64,000 nucleotides of DNA from Patescibacteria group bacterium (lineage in GTDB: Bacteria; Patescibacteriota; Patescibacteriia; UBA2591; UBA6264): NCBI GenBank assembly GCA_016784145.1, contig JADHVF010000003.1:22048-86047 (forward strand), read 5' to 3'. Each line of letters begins with the position of its first letter. The stretch's first letter is position 1. The position numbers and the translations under genes are program-made. The notes under the pieces were generated by a model. That model made no database searches. It worked only from the letters and a program-made list of their open reading frames with translations, and was not told where the DNA came from. Positions 50,463 through 60,751 of the stretch are shown one piece after another.

Positions 50463-50924
50463 TTAAAACATTTTTTCAATTAAATCATTAATTTGTATCT
50501 TGTTTTTATCACAAAATCCGGCTTGAACCTCTAAAACATATTTAATTGGTTGATTTGGCTTAAATTTAGCAGGAAAAGAAGCCGGGTCAATGTTTTTATT
50601 AATGTCAGCAATATAAAAGTCCTCTTTTACCCAAATAATATCTATTGGAAAATTCATGTCCTTCATCCAAAATGAATATTCGCCTGGTTTTTTATAAACA
50701 AAAAACATACCAAAATCTTCTGGTATATTTTTTCTACTTGAAAGACCTTTGGCTCTCTGACTAAAAGTATCAACAACTTCTACTTTAATTATCTGATTAT
50801 TAATTTTTAATTTATAATTATTGTTATGATTTTTTATTAAATTAGCACTTATATTTATCCAAGCAATAAAAATAACCAATAATCCTAAAAAAATAACTCC
50901 TGTTTTTAAAAATAATTCACTCAT
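50463..50924 (-). CDS. DUF192-like protein with N-terminal membrane anchor
   Basis: FPIDIIWV motif resembles COG1430/DUF192. Confidence 0.35.
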   Translation of the reverse strand: MSELFLKTGVIFLGLLVIFIAWINISANLIKNHNNNYKLKINNQIIKVEVVDTFSQRAKGLSSRKNIPEDFGMFFVYKKPGEYSFWMKDMNFPIDIIWVKEDFYIADINKNIDPASFPAKFKPNQPIKYVLEVQAGFCDKNKIQINDLIEKMF

Positions 50925-51469
50925 TTTAATACTGGCTCAATAAATGCCTTTAATTGATTTAATTCAACAGCCCCTTGAAACCTATTAATAATTTTTCCTG
51001 TCATGTCAATAAGAATGTGTTCTGGGGTTCCTCTAACTGAATAATATTTTGAAACATTACCCATTAGGTCAACTGAAATAAAAAAATTTATATTATTATC
51101 TTTAATATATTTTTGAATCTTTTCTTTGGATTCTCCACCAACAATTGCAATTATTTGAATACTATTTTTATATTCTTTGTTTAATTTTTTTAAACTTGGC
51201 AACTCTTTTATACAAAAAGGACATGTTGTTGACCAAAACAATAAAAGCACTGGTTTTTCTTGACGAAACATTGATAAATTCATCTTTAGTCCAGCTGGAT
51301 TTTCCAATATAAAATCAGGGGCCAGCCATCCAATAACTGGTTTTTCTAAAACACCTATTTCCTCTTGTTTGCTTTGTTCTGTTAAAGTGGTACTATTTTT
51401 TAGTATAAAAATAAAAACAACAACTAACAACAACAAGATTAATAAAATTATTTTATATTTAATTTTCAT
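50921..51469 (-). CDS. TlpA/ResA-like thiol-disulfide oxidoreductase (membrane-anchored thioredoxin fold)
   Basis: N-terminal TM helix, LLLFWSTTCPFCIKELP CxxC. Confidence 0.7.
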   Translation of the reverse strand: MKIKYKIILLILLLLVVVFIFILKNSTTLTEQSKQEEIGVLEKPVIGWLAPDFILENPAGLKMNLSMFRQEKPVLLLFWSTTCPFCIKELPSLKKLNKEYKNSIQIIAIVGGESKEKIQKYIKDNNINFFISVDLMGNVSKYYSVRGTPEHILIDMTGKIINRFQGAVELNQLKAFIEPVLK

Positions 51470-51523
51470 AAAACTAAAAGGAGTAAAATTTTACTTTTAA
51501 CTCCTTTTAATAATCCAAATATA

Positions 51524-52231
51524 TTATTTATTTAATTCTGCTTCAATTGCATCTTTTAATACATTATTTGGAACAGCTCCTATCAATGATTCATCGTTGA
51601 TAAAAGTAGCCGGAGTTCCACTTATGCCTGAATCAATCCCTTCTTGATAATCAGAACTAACCTTGTCCTTGTATTTTTCATCTTCAACACATTTTTTAAA
51701 CTGAGTTGAATTTAATCCAAGATTGGCAGCAACTTCAAAATAATAGTCATCACTAAACTTTGACTGATTATTAAATATTTCATCAACAAACTCCCAAAAC
51801 TTGTCCTGCTCTCCAGCACATTCTGAGGCTTGAGCAGCTGGTCTAGCATTTGGATGAATAGAGTCTAATGGAAAATGTTTTATGCTTAAATAAACTTTTG
51901 ATGAATATTCATCAAAAACATCCATGAGCGTTGAATGAAATCTTTGACAATAAGGACACTGCAAATCCGTGAAAACAGTAACTTTAACCTTGGCAGAAGA
52001 GCTCCCTTTGCCATGATCTGCTTTTGTTATTTTAAACTTTGGCTTAGGTGTTGGTCTGACAGGTGGAGCAGTTGGTTGGTTAGGCTGCTCTAAAGGTTCT
52101 TGAATCTCAGTTGGCTGAGTTGTGGCCACGCTTCCTGTTTTCCCTGAATAAATAATTGATCCTCCCAAGATTGCGCTTGCCAGAATAATAGCGCCTCCCA
52201 TAAAAAGAACATATGCTTTATAATCTTTCAT
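51524..52231 (-). CDS. DsbA/BdbD-like thiol:disulfide oxidoreductase
   Basis: TM anchor, Pro-rich linker, DLQCPYCQRFH active site. Confidence 0.7.
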   Translation of the reverse strand: MKDYKAYVLFMGGAIILASAILGGSIIYSGKTGSVATTQPTEIQEPLEQPNQPTAPPVRPTPKPKFKITKADHGKGSSSAKVKVTVFTDLQCPYCQRFHSTLMDVFDEYSSKVYLSIKHFPLDSIHPNARPAAQASECAGEQDKFWEFVDEIFNNQSKFSDDYYFEVAANLGLNSTQFKKCVEDEKYKDKVSSDYQEGIDSGISGTPATFINDESLIGAVPNNVLKDAIEAELNK

Positions 52232-52315
52232 AAATTTTTAAAAAATTAAATTAATTAATATTATATTTATAATAACAATTTTTCCTTGCTTATGCAAGTA
52301 TATTTCAGTACTTTA

Positions 52316-53089
52316 TTATATTTCACTAAAAATAGGCCTTAATTGCTTATAAAAAACTCCCAAAGGAATTTTTGATTGGGTTGCTGTAATCGTTTTTAGT
52401 GCTAATTCCTTGTTTTTAAAATTATAAGATTTACTTAAATTATAAACCCTATCTTTATACCATGAATAAGTATTTATATAATTAAAAGTAACACACGGTT
52501 GCAATATCTCAACAACTGCCAATCCCTTATGATTTATCGCCTGTTTTAATATTTTTGATAATCCGTCAACATCTCCCGTAAATGCCCTGGCTACAAAACT
52601 AGCCCCGGCCACAAGAGCAAGAGATAATGGATTGATTGGATCCTCAACAACTCCATCCGGGGTTGTCTTAGATTTATATGATTTCGGAGAAGTCGGGGAG
52701 GCCTGTCCAGTTGTTAATCCATAAACACGATTATTGTGAATCAAGCAAGTGACATCAATGTTTCTTTTACAAGCATGTATTAAATGATTTGTCCCTTCTC
52801 CAACCTGATCGCCATCTCCACCAACTGAAAGAACTGTTAATTTTTTATTAGCAATTTTTGCTCCTTGAGCAACTGGCAATGGTCGTCCATGTAATGTGCC
52901 AACACCAAAACAAGATAAATAATTTACCATATGAGCATGACAACCTACTCCATAAGTAATCAATATTTCGTATGGTTTTAGTTTTAGATCTATAAAAGTT
53001 TTTTTAAGACCAGCTAATATGCCAAAATTACCGCACCCAGTACACCAACTAATTTTATAATCCGTATCAAAGTTATTAATATATTTCAT
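52316..53089 (-). CDS. 2-oxoacid:ferredoxin oxidoreductase beta (TPP-binding) subunit
   Basis: WCTGCGNFGIL N-terminal motif, TPP-binding GDGD...N region. Confidence 0.8.
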   Translation of the reverse strand: MKYINNFDTDYKISWCTGCGNFGILAGLKKTFIDLKLKPYEILITYGVGCHAHMVNYLSCFGVGTLHGRPLPVAQGAKIANKKLTVLSVGGDGDQVGEGTNHLIHACKRNIDVTCLIHNNRVYGLTTGQASPTSPKSYKSKTTPDGVVEDPINPLSLALVAGASFVARAFTGDVDGLSKILKQAINHKGLAVVEILQPCVTFNYINTYSWYKDRVYNLSKSYNFKNKELALKTITATQSKIPLGVFYKQLRPIFSEI

Positions 53090-53094
53090 TATTG

Positions 53095-54819
53095 TTATTT
53101 TAAAATTTTATTTACCTTGTCAACTATGTCCTCAATAAAAAGTTGCCGACCATCATATTTTAGCAACTTATGTTCTATTCTTATGCCTGTTTTTTCTCTT
53201 ATTAATCCAGCGCATTGAGCTGATGCATTTTGCTCTATCATTAAAATATTTTTAGAAGATTTTAAAAATTTAACTACAAACTTAGCTGGAAATGGACTGA
53301 GATAATTTAAGTGAAGAAAATTACTTTTTATTCCTATTTTTTTTAATAATGCTTGTGCTTCCAATATAGGCCCCTTAGTAGATCCCCAGCCAACCAAGGT
53401 AATAGTTGCTTGCTTGGATCCATATATATTTGGATTTGGCATTTTTTTATAAAAAGATTCCATTTTTTTCATTCTTTTATCCATTTGCTTTATCCTGTTT
53501 TCTTTCCCCTCATCTGCAAAACCAAATTCATCATGCTCAACGCTATTAGCAATAAAAGTAAATCCTGGTCTACCCGGGATAGCCCTAGGAGATATACCCG
53601 AATCAGTTATCTTGTATCTTTTATATTCTTTTTGCTGTTCTTTTAATGACAATAATTTGCCTCTATTAATTTTTACTTTTAAATTTTTAAATAACGAAAT
53701 ACTTTGATGTGATTGAATAAGAAATTTATCAGCTAGTATAATTACTGGAACCTGATAAATATCAGCTAAATTAAATGCTTCTGCTGTGAGCAAAAACGCT
53801 TCTTTAATGCTCCCTGGAGCCAAGACAATTCTAGGAAAATCATCTTGAGCAGCATGCAAAACAAATCTTAAATCCCCTTGTCCCTGCCAGGTTGGTAACC
53901 CAGTAGCAGGGCCAGGCCTTTGACCATTAATAATTACCAATGGAGTCTCTGTAATACCAGCTAATCCAAGTGCTTCAACCATTAAAGAAAATCCTCCTCC
54001 AGATGTAGCCACCATTGCTCTTGCTCCTGAAATACTTGCTCCAATAGCCATGTTAATTCCTGCTATTTCGTCTTCTGGCTGAATATAAGTAATATTATTT
54101 TTTTTCTTATTTTTAACTATATGAGTGAGAATAGGATCTATGGGCGTCATTGGATAACAAGCAAAAAAATTTAACCCGGCTTTAGCAGCTCCCAGAGAAA
54201 TTGCCTCTCCTCCCGAAACAATGCTTTGCTTTAATGGTTGCTTGTTTTTCAAAAAATCTCCTGCCTTGGCTTGACTAAAGTTAAATCCTGCCTGAGCAGC
54301 TTTAATGTTTTGATTAATTATTTTCTTTGATTTTAAAAACAATGATTTTTTAATTAATAAAGATAAAATATTAAAATCCCCTCCAAGTAAAGAAATTGTG
54401 AATCCAATTGCTACACTATTCATCATTATCTCTCGACCACCTATTTTAGTTGCTAAAGAAATTAAAGGAACATAAAAAATCTTAACATTTTTAGATATTT
54501 GAACATTTTTTGCTAAAATCTTATCTGCATTAGCAATAATTATTGATTGAGATGATAAATATTTTTTATTTAATTCAATAGCATCTAAATTAAGCGCGAT
54601 TAAAACATCTATTGTTTTTTTATGTGCTTGAATTTTCTTAGAAGAAACCCTGGTTGTATAAATATTATGACCACCCCGAATCAATGATGGGTTTTCATTA
54701 AAATCAAAAATATAATATCCTGAATTTACACAAAAATTAGAAAAAAGGAGACCAGAGGACATTATCCCTTGCCCTGCTTCTCCTCCTATTCTCCATGTAA
54801 AATCTTTATTTTTAAGCAT
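53095..54819 (-). CDS. 2-oxoacid:ferredoxin oxidoreductase alpha subunit (fused gamma-alpha)
   Basis: GGEAGQGIMSSG gamma-domain motif. ORF track start 54915 overlaps nrdJ. Internal ATG at 54819 (MLKNKDF...) is more likely. Confidence 0.75.
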   Translation of the reverse strand: MLKNKDFTWRIGGEAGQGIMSSGLLFSNFCVNSGYYIFDFNENPSLIRGGHNIYTTRVSSKKIQAHKKTIDVLIALNLDAIELNKKYLSSQSIIIANADKILAKNVQISKNVKIFYVPLISLATKIGGREIMMNSVAIGFTISLLGGDFNILSLLIKKSLFLKSKKIINQNIKAAQAGFNFSQAKAGDFLKNKQPLKQSIVSGGEAISLGAAKAGLNFFACYPMTPIDPILTHIVKNKKKNNITYIQPEDEIAGINMAIGASISGARAMVATSGGGFSLMVEALGLAGITETPLVIINGQRPGPATGLPTWQGQGDLRFVLHAAQDDFPRIVLAPGSIKEAFLLTAEAFNLADIYQVPVIILADKFLIQSHQSISLFKNLKVKINRGKLLSLKEQQKEYKRYKITDSGISPRAIPGRPGFTFIANSVEHDEFGFADEGKENRIKQMDKRMKKMESFYKKMPNPNIYGSKQATITLVGWGSTKGPILEAQALLKKIGIKSNFLHLNYLSPFPAKFVVKFLKSSKNILMIEQNASAQCAGLIREKTGIRIEHKLLKYDGRQLFIEDIVDKVNKILK

Positions 54820-54841
54820 AATATTTATATAATATATTGTT

Positions 54842-57073
54842 TTAAGAAGAACACAACCCAAAACCACAATTAGGGCAAGAAAAGCAACCTTCTTGAGACA
54901 AAAGTTGACTACCACAATCAGGACAAAACTTGCCTGATGAATTTTTAATCTGATTTATTTTTGGTTGAGACTTTTTTAATAATGTTAAAACTTCACTCTT
55001 TCTTGAACCACTCCTATAAACAGTACAAGATTTACATTTTGATTTCCATGCTAAAAGATAAATATCCAAAACATCGGCCAGCGTAGCCCTGTTTGGCAAA
55101 TTAACTGTCTTTGAAATGCTATTGTCAACATATTTTTGAAAACTAGCCTGCATTTTTACATGGTCAATTGGAGCAATGTCCATTGAACCAACAAAAACAT
55201 CTTTTATATTTTTAGGAATTCCCTTTATGTTTTGAATACTCCCTTTCTCAACTATCTCTTGAGCTAATTCTTCTGTGTAAATATCTTTTTGCATTAATTT
55301 TTTGGTTAGATGTTTATTAGTATAATGAAGTTTTTGTCCTTTCATTACTTCTTTTGTGTATGAAAGAGCAAAGTATGGCTCAAGCCCTGAAGAACAATCA
55401 CATAACATTGAAGTTGAACCAGTTGGAGCAATGGTTGTTAAAGCAGTATTTCTCATTTTTATCCCTGTGTTTTTGTAAACACTTAAATCATAATTAGAAA
55501 AAACTCCCTTTTCTTTCGCTAACTGCTCTGACATTAAATGAGCTTGTTTGTTTATAAACTTCATTACTTTTTCTGCAACACCTCTCCCTGCCTTAGAATT
55601 ATAAGGCAAATTTAATTGAAAAAGCATATCAGAAAATCCCATAATACCTAATCCTATTCTTCTATTTTTCTTAAAAATATTATTAATTTTTTTTACTGAA
55701 AAAGTCGTTAAATCAATTACATTATCCAACATTCTTACAGCGGCCATAACAACCTCTTTTAATCTATCCCATTCAATCTCCTCATTTTTTACAAATTTAT
55801 CTAAATTAATAGACCCAAGATTACAAACATCTCTATCGTGAATAAATTGCTCACCACACGGATTACATGCTTCTATTCTGCCAATGCCTGGCAATTTATT
55901 CGTTCTATTAACTTCGTCTATAAAAATTACGCCTGGTTCTCCATTTGTCCAAGCTGATTCTACTATTTCTTCCATAATATCTTTGGCTGTAATTTCAATT
56001 TGTTTTATTTCTAAAACAACGCCGTGTTTATCTCTAATAATTTTCCTTGGCTTCATTCTTTTGCCGTTAAATTTACAAATCCATGGCTTAGTTGATTTAC
56101 TTTCAACCTGCTTCATAAATTTATCAGTAAGAGAAATTGAAATATTAAAATTTTTTATATCACCTTCTATGCTTTTACATTTTATAAAATCGAGAATATC
56201 AGGATGGTCAACTCTCATTACAGCCATATTAGCACCATGCCTCCCTTGTTGCTTAATGACTCCAAAAGCTTCATTGTAAACTCTCAAAAAAGAAACAGGA
56301 CCAGAGGCAACTCCTTTAGTCCTTTTAGCAATATTACCGGCTGGCCTTAACATATGAAACGGAAACCCTATGCCAGACCCACTTTGTTGTAATAAGGAAG
56401 CATCTCTTAAAGAAGAAAAAATTCCTTTCATGCTATCTTCTATATGGAGAACTATGCAATTAGAAACTATTGGCAAAGAAGTTCCTGCATTAGCTATTGT
56501 TCTGCCAGCAGGCAAAAATTCAAACCTTGAAATAATATTATAAAAATCTTTTTCAAATTTTTTTATCTCTGTTTTAGTTTTCTTATACTTTTTTTCTACT
56601 CCTGCCAATGCTTTGGCGATTCTTTTAAACATTTCTTCCGGTGATTCAACTATTTTTTCATAGTAGATGTCTTTTAAAAGATATCTATCTGCTAATACTC
56701 TTAAAGAATTTAATGATATCGGTAACTTAGTGGTTTTACCTGATAAAATTTCTTTTTTAATTTTTCTTATTTTATTATGTTCTTGTCTGTAAATAATATA
56801 TGACTTAGCTGCTTTTATAAATCCTTGTTTCATTAAAACAATTTCAACAATATCCTGAACCTCCTCAACAGTTGGACATGCCTGTCTGTCCTTGTAAACT
56901 TTATTTAGCATGTCAACAACTTTATTAGAAAGCATGATTGATTCTTTTGAATTGTATTCCTCAACTGATTGCCCTGCCTTTAAAATAGCATCTGTAATTT
57001 TTGATTGATTAAAATTAGCTATAGTTTTATCTCTTTTTTGAATTTTTTTAATTTGATTAATTATTTTTTCCAT
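54842..57073 (-). CDS. nrdJ: class II (adenosylcobalamin-type) ribonucleotide reductase with ATP-cone and C-terminal zinc ribbon
   Basis: ATP-cone N-terminus, active-site CNPCGEQ, C-terminal CPDCG...CPNCG. No glycyl-radical motif. Confidence 0.65.
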   Translation of the reverse strand: MEKIINQIKKIQKRDKTIANFNQSKITDAILKAGQSVEEYNSKESIMLSNKVVDMLNKVYKDRQACPTVEEVQDIVEIVLMKQGFIKAAKSYIIYRQEHNKIRKIKKEILSGKTTKLPISLNSLRVLADRYLLKDIYYEKIVESPEEMFKRIAKALAGVEKKYKKTKTEIKKFEKDFYNIISRFEFLPAGRTIANAGTSLPIVSNCIVLHIEDSMKGIFSSLRDASLLQQSGSGIGFPFHMLRPAGNIAKRTKGVASGPVSFLRVYNEAFGVIKQQGRHGANMAVMRVDHPDILDFIKCKSIEGDIKNFNISISLTDKFMKQVESKSTKPWICKFNGKRMKPRKIIRDKHGVVLEIKQIEITAKDIMEEIVESAWTNGEPGVIFIDEVNRTNKLPGIGRIEACNPCGEQFIHDRDVCNLGSINLDKFVKNEEIEWDRLKEVVMAAVRMLDNVIDLTTFSVKKINNIFKKNRRIGLGIMGFSDMLFQLNLPYNSKAGRGVAEKVMKFINKQAHLMSEQLAKEKGVFSNYDLSVYKNTGIKMRNTALTTIAPTGSTSMLCDCSSGLEPYFALSYTKEVMKGQKLHYTNKHLTKKLMQKDIYTEELAQEIVEKGSIQNIKGIPKNIKDVFVGSMDIAPIDHVKMQASFQKYVDNSISKTVNLPNRATLADVLDIYLLAWKSKCKSCTVYRSGSRKSEVLTLLKKSQPKINQIKNSSGKFCPDCGSQLLSQEGCFSCPNCGFGLCSS

Positions 57074-57168
57074 ATTATATTTTTTATATTATAAAATAAT
57101 TATACAACAACCAACACCAATTGTCAAAACCTTGATTTTTATTTTAATTATGTTAAAATTTTAATATT

Positions 57169-57240
57169 GCGGGTGTGGTATAGTGGCTATTATAACTCCC
57201 TTCCAAGGAGTAGACGGCAGTTCGATTCTGCTCACCCGCT
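57169..57240 (+). tRNA. tRNA-Gly (TCC)
   Basis: Near-duplicate of tRNA-Gly(GCC) body. Anticodon loop CTTCCAA. Confidence 0.8.
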
Positions 57241-57260
57241 CTTTTTTTAATTAAAAAAAT

Positions 57261-58703
57261 ATGAATACAATTGATTCTCTTTTTCGAAAAATATTAAAAT
57301 ACAACCAGCAAGCTGATATTAAAAAAATCAGACAAGCTTATGATTTTGCTAAAAAAATCCATAAAAATGAAAAGAGAATCTCTGGCGAACCAGTCATAAA
57401 ACACTTGTTAAAAATTGGTCACCTCTTAGTTGACCTTAAAATTGATGATATTTCTATTATGGCCGGCTTAATGCATCGAACTCTTAAATCTGACAAAGAT
57501 ATGCTGAACAAAATTGATGAAAAATTTGGAACAGAAGTGGCTCTAATAGTAAATGGATTAAACAACTTGAGTTCTAGCACTAAAAAATTTTCGATTCAAA
57601 AAGAAAATATTAAAAACTTTCGAAAACTTTTAATTGCATCAACCGACGATATTAGAATCTTAATTATTCGCTTAACTAATAAAATTTTAGATGGTCAAAC
57701 CGCCTCTTGGTTGCCAAAAGAAAAACAAGCAAGATTTGCTAAAAGAATTTTTTATTTATACGGGCCTTTATCTGAGTTTATTGGATTACATATATATAAA
57801 AAAGAACTTGAAGACATTGCCTTTAATATTTTGTTTCCAGATGATTATAAATGGATCACGAAAAAACTCGCTACCAGTAAAAAACAAGGCGAAAGAGATA
57901 TTAAAAATATAATTAAAAGCATTGAACAAGTACTATCTGAGAAAAAAATTAAATATATTGATATTTTTGGCAGAAGCAAGGGACGTTGGAGTACTTGGAA
58001 TAAAATAAAAAAATATATTAAATCAGGGAAAATAATATATAAAGACGCTACTGTTATACTAGATCGCATTGGTATAACTATTTTGTTAAAAGATGTTCCA
58101 TCATGCTATCTTGTTTTAGGAATAATTCACTCTCTCTGGCCTTATTCAAAAGAAAAGTTTAATGATTATATTTCACAGCCAAAACCAAACAAATACATGG
58201 CTATTCATACTAATGTTCAATTTGAAAAAAAGATTATTGAAATTCAGATTAAAACAACTAAGATGCATGAACACAATGAATTTGGACCTGCTTCACATAT
58301 TGCTTACAAAATAAAAGGGAATAAAAGTGTTGTTGATTATTCTTATAAATGGGCAAAAGATTTAATTTTATGGAAAGATAAATCTAAGACCCAACATTTT
58401 AAATTAAAAGTTTTTCAAGACTGTGTTTACGCTTTAACCCCTAAAGGAGATATTATTCAATTAAAAAAAGGCTCTTGCTCTCTTGATTTTGCTTATAAAA
58501 TTCATAATGGATTAGGAAATGCTTGCAGAGGTGTAAAAATAAATAAAAAAATGTGTAAAATAAGTCAATTAATCAAGAATGGAGATGTTGTTGAAATAAT
58601 AAAAAGTCGCGAGAAAAACCCTAGACCTTCTCTCGACTGGATAAAAATTGCACAAACAAAAGAAACAAAAGCTAAAATAAAAAAAGCTTTAAATCATTCC
58701 TAA
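57261..58703 (+). CDS. small RelA/SpoT homolog (480 aa) with degenerate HD domain, synthetase domain and TGS domain. No ACT/CTD.
   Basis: SGEPVIKHLL, LMHRTLKSD (HD changed to HR), RSKGRWSTWNKI, CYLVLGIIHSLW, EIQIKTTKMHE, TGS CVYALTPKGDIIQL. Confidence 0.7.
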   Translation: MNTIDSLFRKILKYNQQADIKKIRQAYDFAKKIHKNEKRISGEPVIKHLLKIGHLLVDLKIDDISIMAGLMHRTLKSDKDMLNKIDEKFGTEVALIVNGLNNLSSSTKKFSIQKENIKNFRKLLIASTDDIRILIIRLTNKILDGQTASWLPKEKQARFAKRIFYLYGPLSEFIGLHIYKKELEDIAFNILFPDDYKWITKKLATSKKQGERDIKNIIKSIEQVLSEKKIKYIDIFGRSKGRWSTWNKIKKYIKSGKIIYKDATVILDRIGITILLKDVPSCYLVLGIIHSLWPYSKEKFNDYISQPKPNKYMAIHTNVQFEKKIIEIQIKTTKMHEHNEFGPASHIAYKIKGNKSVVDYSYKWAKDLILWKDKSKTQHFKLKVFQDCVYALTPKGDIIQLKKGSCSLDFAYKIHNGLGNACRGVKINKKMCKISQLIKNGDVVEIIKSREKNPRPSLDWIKIAQTKETKAKIKKALNHS

Positions 58704-59963
58704 TATCATCAATATACCAATAATTAATATAATCAACCCTGATATTAAGTGCAAATATTGTATGTTTTTATCTTTCCAATTAGATAAATCATTAACTTTA
58801 AACAAGCTTGAATAAACTATTAAAACAATAATTAACATTGGCAAGACAAAGACAAAGTTATAAACTAAAAGCCATGGAATTGTTTTTACAATATCTAATT
58901 TAGACAAAATGCCTGCTCCAATTATATAGGGCCCAATAGTGCATGGCAGCAAAAACAAAGTAACAAATGACCCGATTGCAAATGCCCCTAAAGGAGAAGT
59001 TACTTTAGAAATTATATTTTTAACTTTTGGTCTTAAAAATAAAGGCATTTCTGTTGCAATCCTGCCTGGCTTGTATTTTATAAAATCTCTAATATTTAAA
59101 ATTCCCAAAACAATCGCCATTAACCCTAATATTTTATATATCCAGTTTCCAAGCGAAGACATAATATAAGTAATTTGAAAAAATTTAATAATTATTAATC
59201 CATAGAGAAAATACATTACAAAAACAGCTCCAATAAAAGAAAGTCCTGACAATAAAACCCTTAACTTTTTGTTTGGATTATAACTAATAAGGGTAATTAA
59301 CATTAAAAATAAAACAGCTAAAGCGCAAGGATTTATGGCGTCAACTATTGCTAAAGATAAAATCTTAAATAATGTTAATTCATTATTTATTCTTTCGCTA
59401 CTTTTGTCATCTTTAATTATAATTTCTTTGTTTGTTAATATTTCTGAATTACCTGGAAAATTATAAGCAATTTTTTCTGAAAAACTAACAGTTTCTCCGT
59501 TACTCAACAAGCATGGATTTCCTTTGTTTCGAATAATAAGGGAGTCAATATTTTTTATAATCTCTTTATCTCCAATCAAATAACTTTTTTTATCTAAAAT
59601 TATCAAAGGAATAGATAGCCCTGAATTATATTGTTTGTCATATTCAACAATCAAATCAATATTTTCCTTATTCTCATAAATCTCGTATTTAATAATATCT
59701 AACTCAGGATATTTCTTGAGCAATGATGAAGTTATTGCATCCACTTTTGCACAATGAGGACATCCTTTTCCAGTAAAATAAACAAGGCAGGTAGAATCTT
59801 CTGCTTGAACTGGGTTAAAAGGGATAACAACCAAAACAAGAAATAAGGAAAAAATAATAAAAAAATTTTTAAACATATGCCTTATTTTAACAAAAAAAAT
59901 TAAAAAATTAAAGTATTTACAAATTAATAAATATAAATTATAATAAAAAAAATAACTCATCAA
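58689..59963 (-). CDS. thioredoxin-CcdA fusion (DsbD-like membrane thiol-disulfide electron transporter)
   Basis: N-terminal secreted Trx domain GKGCPHCAKVD, then CcdA-type TM domain with DAINPCA and LLPCT motifs. Confidence 0.65.
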   Translation of the reverse strand: MMSYFFYYNLYLLICKYFNFLIFFVKIRHMFKNFFIIFSLFLVLVVIPFNPVQAEDSTCLVYFTGKGCPHCAKVDAITSSLLKKYPELDIIKYEIYENKENIDLIVEYDKQYNSGLSIPLIILDKKSYLIGDKEIIKNIDSLIIRNKGNPCLLSNGETVSFSEKIAYNFPGNSEILTNKEIIIKDDKSSERINNELTLFKILSLAIVDAINPCALAVLFLMLITLISYNPNKKLRVLLSGLSFIGAVFVMYFLYGLIIIKFFQITYIMSSLGNWIYKILGLMAIVLGILNIRDFIKYKPGRIATEMPLFLRPKVKNIISKVTSPLGAFAIGSFVTLFLLPCTIGPYIIGAGILSKLDIVKTIPWLLVYNFVFVLPMLIIVLIVYSSLFKVNDLSNWKDKNIQYLHLISGLIILIIGILMILGMI

Positions 59964-60112
59964 AGATAAATCTCTGAAAAAAAAGTAAAAAATGTTTCTT
60001 TTGTCATATCAACTAAAGCAAATGAAGCGAGGAAAACGAAGAGGCAAGCCAAAAATAAACATTTACTAATACATTGGGGTCAATCCCCTCCAAGTTAGGA
60101 CTGACTTCCTGC

Positions 60113-60184
60113 GCCGAGGTAGCTCAGTGGTAGAGCAGTAGACTGAAAATCTACGTGTCGGCAGTCCGATTCTGCCCCTCGGCA
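60113..60184 (+). tRNA. tRNA-Phe (GAA)
   Basis: GCCGAGGTAGCTCAGTGGTAGAGC, anticodon loop CTGAAAA. T-loop reads TCCGATT (C at position 55). Confidence 0.7.
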
Positions 60185-60200
60185 TTTTATATTATTAAAA

Positions 60201-60227
60201 AACCTGCACAATTTTGTGCAGGTTTTT
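60201..60227. terminator. bidirectional intrinsic terminator
   Basis: AACCTGCACA-attt-TGTGCAGGTT with A-run/T-run. Confidence 0.6.
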
Positions 60228-60238
60228 GAGTGGTCCTT

Positions 60239-60634
60239 TTAATCACTTTTTATAAATTTTTCAGCAGACATTAGCAAAGAATCGATTTGATTACTGTTGG
60301 TCGGGGAATAACCAAGCATTTCCATTTTTAATAAAACAAACTTTATGCTCACAACGCACGATTCAATATCAGTTCTTGTTAAAAAAGAATCATGTTTTGG
60401 CAAAAAATAATCATTTATTTCTTTGCTCTCAATTTCTTCTTCCCAGCCCAATGTTTTTTGGTGACTAGCAACAAGAATAGCCAGGTCATTTAATGAAGTA
60501 TTCAAATCTGTTACCAGAGTATCTATGGTTAATGTATCTATCATTATTTCTTCTACTGAAACTGTCTGCGAATAAATGCCCGTGAAACAGCCAACAACTA
60601 TTATGCTTACTAAAAACATTCTTAGTGCTCTCAT
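60239..60634 (-). CDS. hypothetical secreted protein (131 aa)
   Basis: Signal peptide MRALRMFLVSIIVVGCFTG. SD AAAGGAGAAC. Putative promoter TTGACA-16-TATATT on minus at about 60700-60732. Confidence 0.4.
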   Translation of the reverse strand: MRALRMFLVSIIVVGCFTGIYSQTVSVEEIMIDTLTIDTLVTDLNTSLNDLAILVASHQKTLGWEEEIESKEINDYFLPKHDSFLTRTDIESCVVSIKFVLLKMEMLGYSPTNSNQIDSLLMSAEKFIKSD

Positions 60635-60751
60635 TTTTTTTGTTCTCCTTTGATTATTAATGTACTTAACTACATTATGTATGCAGCCATTGTATTATTA
60701 ACCAATATAGCATATTTTAAGGTTTTGTCAATCGCAAACTGCCTAAATAAA

